Shown piece after piece: positions 37,636 through 49,535 of a DNA stretch of 64,000 nt. How positions within the stretch are numbered: the first letter of the stretch is position 1; every line of letters begins with the position of its first letter. The stretch comes from Haliotis rufescens (taxonomy: Eukaryota): NCBI RefSeq assembly GCF_023055435.1, contig NW_025964334.1:48112001-48176000 (forward strand). The letters are read 5' to 3'. The notes under the pieces were generated by a model. The model did not search any database. It was given only the letters and a program-made list of their open reading frames with translations, and was not told the origin of the DNA. The position numbers were made by a program, and so were the translations under genes.

Positions 37636-38814
37636 ATGGCCGCTTTCCTGTCAATATTTAGACGTGGTTTGGATCAGGACATGGTGGACAATGTGAACGG
37701 ATTCTGGTCGGTTCTCCTCTTGGCCCTCTGCTCGGCTGGGGCATTTCTAGTGCGATACATTACTGATCCTACAAGCTGCTGGTACCCTGCACATTTAACT
37801 GCATCCCACGTTTCATACTCCGACCATGCCTGCTTCCTCACGGACGTCTTTTACCAACCTTACACAAGTTATGTCCCCAAATCAAGTCATGAACGTGTCC
37901 CCTCCTACCATCTCTGGATACCACTCATACTCTTCTTCCAAGCCCTTGCTTTCAAAGTACCAAACATCATCTGGAACAGTGGCAAGAACTTCCTCACTTT
38001 CAACATGGACGAAACTGTCGAGTCCATGAAATGTGTACAACTGACCAATGCTGAGAATCGCCAGGCCATTTTCAGTGATGCAGCCCGAGTATTTGGAAGT
38101 CTACTGAGAAGAAATCGATTCTTTCTGGCGCTGTTGTACCTATTTGTGAAGATTCTCTCATGTGTCAATCTCATAGCACAGTTTATGTTCCTCACGATAT
38201 ACTTCAGACAATACCTGGCAATCAGGGTAGGATCCTATGCTGGTTTGGATATGGGCTCCATCGTAAAACCATTACTTGTGAAACATGTTTTCTGCGACAT
38301 CGATGTGTATATGTTGAAAAATCTTCGAAAATTCACTGTTCAGTGCATTCTGCCAATCACCGAAATCTATGAGAAGATGTTCATATTCCTGTGGTACTGG
38401 GTCTTCCTCCTGGCTGTCATCACAATCCTAAACCTTGTCCTGTGGGCAGGATTTCTCTTCATACCGTTCCTAAGAGATGGCAGGATAGCTGCCCACATCA
38501 ACGCTGCCAAAGGATCTCGCCCTGACGAACCCAATGTAACTCGTTTCATCAGAAGTTTCCTCGGAATCGATGGTGTACTTGTCTTGGCAATGATATCCCG
38601 GAATTCCAGCGAGTTAGTTGCAGCAGATCTCACCCAACATTTGTACCAGGTGTTTCAGGAGAAGGAAGAAGATCTTCAGAATCAGCGACATCTCTGCACA
38701 GGAGAACCGGAATGTGGGATTGTCCGAAATGAAGCAACAGGAACCGTGGCAGCTTTACCAATGAGCGAGCTACCCTCTGGTCCTGAAAACTCGGAGAAGG
38801 CCCCGATTGTGTGA
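37636..38814 (+). CDS. Innexin paralogue 4 (392 aa)
   Basis: Same architecture, with the most divergent EL1 (PAHLTASH...YQPYTSYVPKSSHE). ATG follows the ttacag acceptor at 37629. Confidence 0.95.
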   Translation: MAAFLSIFRRGLDQDMVDNVNGFWSVLLLALCSAGAFLVRYITDPTSCWYPAHLTASHVSYSDHACFLTDVFYQPYTSYVPKSSHERVPSYHLWIPLILFFQALAFKVPNIIWNSGKNFLTFNMDETVESMKCVQLTNAENRQAIFSDAARVFGSLLRRNRFFLALLYLFVKILSCVNLIAQFMFLTIYFRQYLAIRVGSYAGLDMGSIVKPLLVKHVFCDIDVYMLKNLRKFTVQCILPITEIYEKMFIFLWYWVFLLAVITILNLVLWAGFLFIPFLRDGRIAAHINAAKGSRPDEPNVTRFIRSFLGIDGVLVLAMISRNSSELVAADLTQHLYQVFQEKEEDLQNQRHLCTGEPECGIVRNEATGTVAALPMSELPSGPENSEKAPIV

Positions 38815-39027
38815 CAACATAACTGGTGTGCCATGCACTGAATGTATTTAATTATAATGTTGGGTCTTGAGATAACCTGGTGTTGAAGGATTCGCTTGTC
38901 ACGCCTAAGTCCCGGGTTGATTTCCTGCATGTGTATATTGTCTGAAGCCCAAAGCGGTGTTAAACTATATTCAATCGCTTAATTATTATTGTATTAAGAG
39001 TAATAACACTCACTGATTCTTTGAATG

Positions 39028-39165
39028 AGTGAGTGAGTGAATATGGTTTTACGCCGCTTTTAGCAATATTCCAGCAATATCACGGCGGGGGACACCAGAA
39101 ATGGGCTTCACACATTTTACCCATGTCGGGAATCGAACCAGGGTCTTCGGCGTGACGAGCGAACG
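39028..39165 (-). mobile_element. Young 5'-truncated SINE insertion with 13-bp TSD
   Basis: TSD gattctttgaatg at 39015-39027 and 39166-39178, with a (gagt)n tail. The site is empty in the other four 3' flanks. Confidence 0.9.
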
Positions 39166-41329
39166 GATTCTTTGAATGTCTCAAGTGGACATCCAGTATG
39201 TTGCATTCCGTAATGACAGCGCCTCTATTAAAATATTTTACATTGGCACTTAACATGAAAGTATTCCTGTGTTTTTTCAGTCATCTTTGACGTTTGGTGA
39301 TGTCAGAGACTCACTGAGATAATGTTTCCCCGTATTGAATGACATCAATGTCAATGGCATCGTCATTTATCAACCTGAGCAACTACCCAAGCCGTTTGGG
39401 CATGATGACACACGTTGTACTATCGGATAGTCATTATTTGTTTCTTACCACATGCAGCAGGTGCCGTCGACCTACAATATCAGCTGTCCTATAATATAGT
39501 TTAGAGTGGTGGAGCAGCCTAGCGGTTAAGGTGTTCCCTCATCACACCAAACACCCGGGTTTGATTCTTCATCATCTGTTGTGTTCGACAATGATATTGC
39601 CGGAATACTGTGAAAAGTGGCACAGAAACGTACACACCCTCTCTCACACATACACACAAACACGCACTCACGCACACATACACACTATGACCACTCGTGT
39701 CTTTTGGGGACGTGTCGATTGGTCTCAGCAATAGTTGTCTAAATATAATCGAGTCTGAACCAGTCAGATTATTATCCACGCCGTTGGGATACGATGAGGC
39801 GCTATCAAGTCACGTGACCATAGGATCCCATGAACATGCATCTGGGTTAGACCTGGTCTTCAGTTACCCTTAAGTGCAAGGGACCCTGCTTCTCAAAAGA
39901 GTCGACTGACGGGATTGGCATCCCAGGAACAACTGAGTTCCAAATCATTCTGCTAGAAAACCTCCTTCAGGAAAATACTATGGGATAAGCCAAATTGTGG
40001 CGTCCCCCGCCGTAATGTTGCGTGAACAGAGGTGAAAGACAGTACTCACGTATGTCAGTAAAATGCCAGGAAAACGAAAGTAAGTGCACACACTTGGAAA
40101 TTGGATTTGGCAAAAAAGGTGTCTTGGCTGAAAACAGTTGCCAAAACACTGCAAACGTAAGGTCCACAACACTACTGTGATACCCGTATCAAATACATCG
40201 CGATCACCTTTACTTGTTTGTTTCATTTTAGCCACCATCAAACAAGGGTGTATGCTTTCTTTTGCCCGGCAGTTTATGTCGGAGTGATAACGAGTCACCC
40301 GTGATTAAGAATGTCAGTGCAATTTGAGCTTAATTATCGATGTTTGATTTTGATTTTCTTTATCTCAATATAGTTATTTATATGCACTTTATGATAGTTT
40401 GCAGTTTTGAATACGTTCTGGTCGGTTATACACAACAAGGATAGTGAGGGGATGTTTTCTGCCTACTGGGTTGAGATTTTACGATCGCAGCCAAAATCAT
40501 CCGAATGCGGAGTTAATAAATAAGAACCTTATCTAATATGCGCGTAACACTTTCTCCACTTTCTCTGATTTGAACCTCGTTGTGATACCGTTGTTCTCAT
40601 GATAAGTAAATTAACAAAAGATTTTGAATTTCGGATGGCTTTGCGAGAAATGAAGATTTTTTTTGCAGTGACTGACATCCAAAATACTCAGATCATTCGT
40701 ACCATATATGCCAAGATTTTTCGCCTCATTCTCTTAGGTCCTCCGACGTTCGCCTATCGGATAAATGTTGTTTTATACCGGATGCAGTTGACGATGATCT
40801 AGCTACAACACGGCAGTCTGTATATGATAGTTATAGACGCTGGTTGAAAGTATGAACACCGATCATCTATGTCCTAGTGGTAGGCTGCCACATAATCAGG
40901 CAGGCCATATAATGTCAACCAGGTTCTCAAAACTTGGAGGGGGTTCTTCGAACCTATCCTGAGCTCTGTTCCAGAAAGTGTTCGTAGACCTACGGCGATC
41001 GTAGCTCACATACTTTTAATATAGACTTACGACTGTCATAACGCTACGATTGCCTTGTGGAACGGGTCGCTGTCCTTGAACCATTACATTACCTTGCATA
41101 ACCACAAGCACTCGGCACGGGATTCTTCAGAATGATGACAAACAATTCTTGACAAACAAGGTCTTGTGAGCTTAGTGACAAAATATTTGAAAAAAAGGTT
41201 GATTTTATCTTCTCACATGATTCAGTGCACGTCCATATATCCACCCGAATCAGTGCCCAGCACTGGTTTTGTGATTGGAGTGACATGGACTTTCTTTCTC
41301 TTCATTGAAGACCCCATCAGATCAGTATA

Positions 41330-41615
41330 ATGTTAAAAAGTGGCAGAATTATGGAGTTTATGGACTTACAGGACTTACGTACAATTGTTTTACCATACTT
41401 CAAGCCCCTGTTATTCAGTTATGAATTCATTCTACCAAATTAAAAATCAATTACTTTATACTATATATATTATGATAAAAATGTATCTATTAATTCTATT
41501 TTTTAGAAAACTGATGATTAAATGAGCACGTATTTGACTAAAAATATCCTTGATGGATGAAACTTTGAGATACTTATCCCTTGTAATGAAAAAATAAATA
41601 GTCAAGCAGTACGTG
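41330..41615 (-). mobile_element. Extreme 3' end of the same I/Nimb-like LINE
   Basis: Matches ~11365-11650, then switches abruptly to sequence homologous to 2541 onward. Confidence 0.7.
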
Positions 41616-42646
41616 TAACAATATACTCCTGATTTGCACTAACCATGACTTTTGTTTAGTTGTGCACTTTCAAATCAAATCACATATGTGCACGCCCAAT
41701 CGTCAGATTTACGTCCCATGCACTTGCCTTTTGTGATTACCATGTTGAGATTCCAAATGCCAATATAAACAACATATTAATGAACATTGAAGCGAAAATA
41801 ATTGTGATTAGAGAACTTTCCTATTAAATACAATACCCAATGAAATTATGTCTAATTAAGGCACAACACACCACTTTAAAAGGCTACATGTATGGCATTT
41901 GTCTTGGAGTGCTTATGTCCATTTTTAGCTCACCTGTGCCTCTAACTATTGTTCACAGAATTTTGATCCGAGTTTGAACACATTACTTTGTAATTCATTG
42001 TGAAATTTTATATGCAGCATGTATGTGGTTATCGAAATAAAATAACTTACGTTTGTAGTATGTTTAGATATTTATTCCACAATACAACGTATCCCCGTTT
42101 TTCTAGTGTTTCTGCATATTGGAATCTGAAATTTTGCAAGAATAATCAATTGTTTTAGGTTTGGTGCCTCCTTAAAGTAATCACAGAATTTTAATCCGAT
42201 TTTTAACATGGCCACTATGGCAGCCATATATAATCCCATTAACGGTTATATCTATAAACACCATTCAGTGTCCACTGAACACTGGTCTGCCACCATGTTT
42301 CAATTAATCATGTGCATATACATGTATTTGGAATAAAAGCGATACATGCCTTTTATATTCATAAGAAATCTCTGCTAAAAGCAGAGTCGATGTCAGGTGT
42401 TCCGACACACATAAAGCGTATTTCTACACATGTTCATGTGAAATGCCATATTGTGAAGTTTAAACGTGTTATTGTTCCCTGATGTGAAATTCCCCTGTCA
42501 AATGAGGTTATTGCGAAACGACAGCACTGTTTGAACCATAATATGAATGTTCATCTGATCAGGGAAAACCCAAGAAAGCTTTTTCCATAATCATCGGAAA
42601 TATCTGCTCAGTGCAGAGTACATTTATTCCGACTATCTCATAAGCT

Positions 42647-42795
42647 TCACTCGTCACGCCGAACACCAATGTTCTATTCCCGACATGGGTATAATGTTTG
42701 AAGGCCCATTTCTGGTGTTCCCCGCCGTGATATTGCTGGAATGTTGCTAAAAGCGGTGTAAAACCACACTCACTCACTCACTCACTCACTCACTC
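42647..42795 (+). mobile_element. SINE insertion with (cact)n tail
   Basis: Flanked by ctcataagc / ctcttaagc; the empty site is at ~3718. Confidence 0.8.
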
Positions 42796-45700
42796 TTAAG
42801 CGTCATGAACAGTATCATGTGTCTATGAACAGTATCAATAGTGATGATACCTGGTGTTCGCGAAAAGGTGAGTGTATCCTGCCCCATCGGTGGAACCCAT
42901 CACAAACACACGCAAAAGCATGTCAATTGTTCACCTTGTGTTACGGAAGAAAATATCAAAACTTGTTCAAGCAGGCCCAAAATGTCCAAAGGTGGTTCCT
43001 AGAGTTTGGGCCGATTTGGCAAGTAAAAAACTCTTTTTTGTGACGTACTATTTAAAATGTTTGTGACACTGTGATCCACTGTATTTAACTTTTTCTTCCT
43101 ATTCCAAGGACCTTATGTACACTACTTTCTTCTTGGCTGATTCGTCACACAATTATTTCTTCATCGGTCAAGTGACCTACATTATTTATGTAAAACAATC
43201 ACAGAGTACCAGGTTCACTCTACAGAAGGTGACAACTGCTGGCGTTCCAAAGTATTCTTGTATGAAAGGTCAGTAATGGCAATTTGCAACAATTACCATG
43301 ATTACTCTGACATTAATTAGGTAAGTAGATGTACGGTTGGTGAAACACAAGCCCCCTGTGTAATATCACACATGTTCTGGCACCAATAATAGCACGACAG
43401 AGTGTTTACTGTTGTGATTATATTTAGTTCTGTAGTTGGATGCCACGGTAAACTGTTTGCGCTGTCAACCAAGGATAGGAGTCACCAGGACAGGTAACTT
43501 CGCATGCGTGACTACATATCCAAATTAAGAATTCGTTGATTAGGATCACACCTAAGTAAACATTTTCAGGTGAACAATTGACTTGCCTTTGCCTTTGTTT
43601 ATGAAAGGTCCCTCCGGTGGGGCAGGATACGCTCACCTTTTCGTGAACTCCAGGTATCATCACTATTGATAGTGTTCAGGGACACGTGCTTATGTTATGG
43701 TGGGAATCGCCAATGTATTCTGCTTTTGGCAGATATTTCCGATGATTATGGAAAGGGTTTGTTTGCTGTATTACCGATCACAGGAACATTAGTGTTTCAA
43801 ACAGTGATGTTGTTTCGCAATAACCTCATTTCACGGAAACAAGAGAACGCTTAAACTTCAAATGTGGCTTTTCAAATGAACAGGTATAGCAATAATTTTG
43901 TGTGACAGAGCTTTATTAATTGCTTGCACAGTAGTTGGCTCCTCAGATGAATTGTCCACAAGTGTTTTCTTATTTTCCGAAATCGACCTTCCTGCACATG
44001 GATATGTCAGAGGAAATGTGACCATCATCTCGGGCCCTTTATCAGCAGATTATAGACAAGGAATGCAACTCTACACAACGAATTGTTGTGACCTAATACA
44101 CTAGGCCATCTGTACCCCCTTGGTCTGTAAACAGCAACGTTTTATATATTCCCCAGTATCTAATCCAGTCAGTGCCCCACTTGTAACGAATAACGCCATA
44201 ACATGGTCTGGTATAGAAACTGAATGACATAATTGGCTCAATTTGAAATAATGAGAGTTAATAGCAGAAACTTAGGGAACATAAAGGCCGCGGTCGGTCA
44301 ACAATACAACCAGCCCGCAAGTATTGTATATGTCAGCATCACACTGTTCTGTACTATCAACAGCTAGTGCAACCAGAGGTGGAAGCAACGCTTGTCGAAC
44401 AGTAATCCCAAGGATATTTCAAACCTCCAGGATCCCTTTCAAGTTTCCAGTCTCTGGTTCGCTTTGTTGTAAGTATTTTATTTTATTTTGAGATTGTTTT
44501 AGATTAGATTATTTAAAATCAATTCGGTTTATGGAATTAAAGGTCATTGGTCCAAGTAGAAAGGTAAATAGTTTTACAACAGACAGTGGGACTAGAGGTA
44601 TATGACATTTAAACCTTGAAATGGCGATGTTAAACAAGTGATTATCTCAATAATAATGCCATAACTTCTTCCGGTTTAACTACAACAGAGGTTCGGCTTT
44701 CACACCTTAAAATACGACATGAATTGAATGTACACTTAGCAATACATCTTTTGGGTATATAATATGCTATTATTTCATTATATAATGGACATTTTAATAG
44801 GACATGAAAGTTTATCTGCAATCAAATTAAAATTACCAAATGTGCAGATTCTGTCTTCATTTTGCCAACGACCTATATCTATTTGTAACCCCGTCCCACA
44901 AATTCTCCATTGAGCAAAATACCATATGTTGTGCAAGGAACTTTTATTAAACAAGTAATATTCGGTTTTTAGACACATTTCATAACATGAATAGTTTTCA
45001 TATTTCGAGCTTATATTTATCGTTGACCCGTGAAGAGCAGGGTTAGAATTGGTCTTAAGCAACCCCTGCCTGCTGTAAGAGGCGATTGACGGGATCGGGT
45101 AATCAGGCTCGCTGACTTGGTAGTGCATGTCATCATATCCCAACTGCGTCTCAGATATGACACAACTAATTGGTGAACAATATTCACATACACTATACTG
45201 AGTGTAACGTTTTAAAATATATATCAATGACTGAGTGAAGATATTAATTAATAAACGATTTGCGTTATGAAGGGAATCACAGATAAGAAACAGTGCTCCA
45301 CTGTGGCAAATTCGCAGGCTGAAAACTTCTGAATTCTTAGTTGGGTGGCACTTGGGTTTTTTTTTCGAATACATGTTCATGGTTAAGACCGGACGCTAAA
45401 CTTCCTTTCATTGGAAATGTTTCCAAAGTGGATGCCAGACCACTGTTAACAACTTTGACTTTGTCACGAAGCACAAATTATCTCATAGCAGAACCAGTAT
45501 ATGTATATTGACTTAATATTCATAGGACAATTGATATTCGCAAAAAATTGCAATTATTTTTATCACTTACTTGCCCTTTGATATTACTTTAAATAGTTCA
45601 TATTTTGTAACTATGATATGGTATGTTGGGAGTAACATTTGGCGCTTTGCTGCCTGAAATAGTCTGAACTAATGTATTATAGTGCAAGCCCTCTAAGATA

Positions 45701-45917
45701 CCATGCCACAGTTTAACATATGTACCTCACTCGGACACAGTATCACCCCTAAATGCCAAGCGCCAGCCAGAGTAATAACAAATGCGATCTCATAACGCAT
45801 TTTGGTGTGATCGAACCACCAGCCCTCAGCTCTCTGGACAGACGCTCTATCCGCTACACCTATCTACACAATAACATGTTAATATATGAACTATGTGTTG
45901 AATGTTTACAGACAACA

Positions 45918-47096
45918 ATGGCCGCTTTCCTGTCAATATTTAGACGTGGTTTGGATCAGGACATGGTGGACAATGTGAACGGATTCTGGTCGGTTCTCCT
46001 CTTGGCCCTCTGCTCGGTAGGGGCATTTCTAGTGCGATACATTACTGATCCTACAAGCTGCTGGTACCCTTCACAATTTGAGGCATCACAGGTTTCATAC
46101 TCCGACCATGCCTGCTTCCTCACGGATGTCTTTTCCCAACCTGACACAAGTGATGTCCCAAAGTCAAGGCATGATCGTGTCCCCTCCTACCATCTCTGGA
46201 TACCCCTCATACTCTTCTTCCAAGCCCTTGCTTTCAAAGTACCAAACATCATCTGGAACAGTGGCAAGCACTTCCTCACTTTCAACATGGACGAAACTGT
46301 CGAGTCCCTGAAAAAAATACAACTGACCAATGCTGAGAATCGCCAGGCTATTTTCAGTGATGCAGCCCGAGTATTTGGAAGTCTACTGAGAAGAAATCGA
46401 TTCTTTCTGGCGCTGTTGTACCTATTTGTGAAGATTCTCTCATGTGTCAATCTCATAGCACAGTTTATGTTCCTCACGATATACTTCAGACAATACCTGG
46501 CAATCAGGGTAGGATCCTATGCTGGTTTGGATATGGGCTCCATCGTAAAACCATTACTTGTGAAACAGGTTTTTTGCGACATCGGTGTGAGAATTTTGGA
46601 AACTCTTCGAACATACACTTTTCAGTGCACTCTGCCAATCACCGAAATCTATGAGAAGATGTTCATATTCCTGTGGTACTGGGTCTTCCTCCTGGCTGTC
46701 ATCACAATCCTAAACCTTGTCCTGTGGGCAGGATTTCTCTTCATACCGTTCCTAAGAGATGGCAGGATAGCTGCCCACATCAACGCTGCCAAAGGATCTC
46801 GCCCTGACGAACCCAATGTAACTCGTTTCATCAGAAGTTTCCTCGGAATCGATGGTGTACTTGTCTTGTCCATGATATCCCAGAATTCCAGCGAGTTAGT
46901 TGCAGCAAATCTCACCCAACATTTGTACCTGGTGTTTCAGGAGAAGGAAGAGGAACTTCAGAATCAGCGACATCTCTGCACAGGAGAACCGGAATGTGGC
47001 ATTGTCCAAAATGAAGCAACAGGAACCATGGCAGCTTTACCAATGAGCGATCTACCCTCTGGTCCTGAAAAGTCGGAGAAGGACCAGATTGTGTGA
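45918..47096 (+). CDS. Innexin paralogue 5 (392 aa)
   Basis: Same architecture, with the most divergent EL2 hairpin (CDIGVRILETLRTYTFQC) and C-tail (…EKDQIV). Confidence 0.95.
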   Translation: MAAFLSIFRRGLDQDMVDNVNGFWSVLLLALCSVGAFLVRYITDPTSCWYPSQFEASQVSYSDHACFLTDVFSQPDTSDVPKSRHDRVPSYHLWIPLILFFQALAFKVPNIIWNSGKHFLTFNMDETVESLKKIQLTNAENRQAIFSDAARVFGSLLRRNRFFLALLYLFVKILSCVNLIAQFMFLTIYFRQYLAIRVGSYAGLDMGSIVKPLLVKQVFCDIGVRILETLRTYTFQCTLPITEIYEKMFIFLWYWVFLLAVITILNLVLWAGFLFIPFLRDGRIAAHINAAKGSRPDEPNVTRFIRSFLGIDGVLVLSMISQNSSELVAANLTQHLYLVFQEKEEELQNQRHLCTGEPECGIVQNEATGTMAALPMSDLPSGPEKSEKDQIV

Positions 47097-47737
47097 CGAC
47101 AGAACTGGTCACGCCTATGTCCCGGGTTCGATCTCCTGCAGGTGTATATTGTGTGAAGCCCATTTCTGGTTATCCTCGTCATCATATTGCTTGAATATTG
47201 CAAAATGCGGCGTAAAATCATATTCACTCACTTAATTATTATTGTATCAAGAGTAATAACACAAACTGATTATTTGAATGTCTAAAATGGACATCCAGTT
47301 TGTTGCATTCTGTAATGACAGCGTCTCTATTAAAATATTTCACTTAACATGAAAGTATTTCTGTGTTTTTTTCACTCATCTTTGACGTTTGGTGATGTCA
47401 GAGACTCACTGAGATAATGTTTCCCCGTATTGATTGACATCAATGTCAATGGCATCGTCATTTTTCAACCTCAGCAACTACCCAAGCCGATTTGGGCATG
47501 ATGACACACGTTGTACTATCGGATCGTCATTAGTTTGGTCTTACCGCATGCAGCAGGTGCCGTCGACCTACAATATCAGCTGTCCAATAATATAGTTTAG
47601 GGCGGTGTAGGAGCCTAGTGGTTAAAGCGTTCGCTCATCACACCAAATACCCGGGTTTGATTCTCCAACATTTGTGGTGTTCCACAGAGATATTGCGAAA
47701 AGTGGCGTAGAAACCTACTCACCCTCACACACACACA

Positions 47738-47790
<53 letters not shown>

Positions 47791-48329
47791 GAATTCCCAC
47801 ACACACACTATGACCACTCATGTCTTTTCGGGACGAGTCGATTGGTTTCAGCAATATTCCAGCTAAATAACGGCTGTGTGAATATATCCGAGTCTGTACC
47901 AGTAATTGACATCATGAGCATCGATATATTGATGACACGCTACCAACCAAGTCACGTGACCATACGGCCCCGTGAACATGAATCCGGATTAGTACTGGTC
48001 TTCAGCAACCCAAAGAGCCAAGAGAGGCAGGCGACTATGCTTGTCGTAAGAGGCGACTAACGGGGTCGGGGGGTCAGATTGACTTGTTTGATGCATGTCA
48101 TCGTATCCAAATTGAGTAGATCGATGCTCATGATGTCAATCACTGGATTTTTAAGTCCAGACTCGATTATTTATAGACCGGCATCATAAAGATGGAATAT
48201 TGTTGAGTGCGGCGTTAAACAACAAACAAACAGATTAGTATCGATTGACTGCACATTTGCACAAATGCAATGTCATGTTAATGTTTTATCCGTATCCTCA
48301 AAATAGGCACACTATGGCAGAGAAAGCTA

Positions 48330-48528
48330 CGAAAGCCTTTTAGGGGCATTTGGTTTTGTTTGGGTTTTTTTCGATACTATCTAGAAATTTCAAGATACTT
48401 ACTTAAAATTTCAGGATAATGATCTTGAAATTTCAAGATACTAAGTTGAAATTTCAAGATACTAAGTTGAAATTTCAAGATAGTATAAAAAAAAAATAAG
48501 AAAAACAAATGGCCCTAAAAGGCTTCCG
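48330..48528. mobile_element. MITE with TA TSD and internal 21-bp tandem repeats
   Basis: TIRs cgaaagccttttaggggcatttg / caaatggccctaaaaggcttccg flanked by TA; internal (gaaatttcaagatactaagtt)x~5. Confidence 0.8.
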
Positions 48529-49356
48529 TAGAAAGCAGAACCTATCGAAATAATAATGTTCCTGCTTAATGCAAAACGCATAATGCAAAAGTTAGGTATT
48601 CTAAAGGAAATTCCCTTAAAAAAAGATTGGATCTGGTGGTAATAAAAAAAAGTAATGTGGTAATTAAATGAAAAATACTCGTGGTCGGTGGGATGAAAAA
48701 CAAAACAATGCATCAGTTTTCCAAATATTATCATGACCATAGCAGATAAATCCAGCGTTAAAACATGTTCACCAATATGTGATGGTAATAATTATTACAC
48801 ACATACCCTCTCTGTTACTCTTTATGTTACCGGACTCGAAGATGGTCCACCGTCCACAACACTATTAAGTTGACTCTTTGTGAAATATATTCACAGACTC
48901 AATGGAAATAAATTATTACCATCCTCATAGTTTTAATTCTATTCCACATCTTTAAACATTTGGGATCGATAGTAAACTTATGTATGAAATTAACCCTGCC
49001 TTATAATACGGTAAAAATGTAAACACGGTGAGCGATTTCATGAGCACGTAAGTGTGAATTTTGCATGTTTTTTTAATAATTGCCGTCTGGTCTAACAGAA
49101 TGCAAAATGTTCTACCTTCAGTTGGAAAGGCAGATTTATGAAGACCTAAACTGGACAGAATTCGACAAATCACGGGAAAAGTTTGATATTCTAAATACAG
49201 ACCAGACGACACCCTTCACATATTTAAGAGGCATGATTAAATATTTCAGTTTGCATGCTGCAGACACCCGCACATACAATTTTCAGATTCACATGTTGCC
49301 TAGCAAGGTTGGTGTTGTATTCACACACAAAATGAGTTCATTTCTGATTATCAATA

Positions 49357-49535
49357 CAGTAAACTACGGTTATAACGAACTCAAAGGGACCACTAATTTT
49401 CGTTCGTAATAACCGTAGTTTGTTATCAGCATATATACAGTATATATATATACAGCAAATGGCCTGGACTAAGAAATAAGTTCGTTATATCGGTCAGTTC
49501 GTTGTACGCGTGTTCGTTATCAACGTAGTTTACTG
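49357..49535. mobile_element. pogo/Tigger-type MITE
   Basis: TA|CAGTAAACTACG...CGTAGTTTACTG|TA. Confidence 0.85.

Noticed and set aside
44778-45380. 200-aa minus-strand ORF (similar at 18089 and 29680)
   Set aside because: Chimaera of SINE and LINE 3'-end fragments; the frame is not conserved between units.
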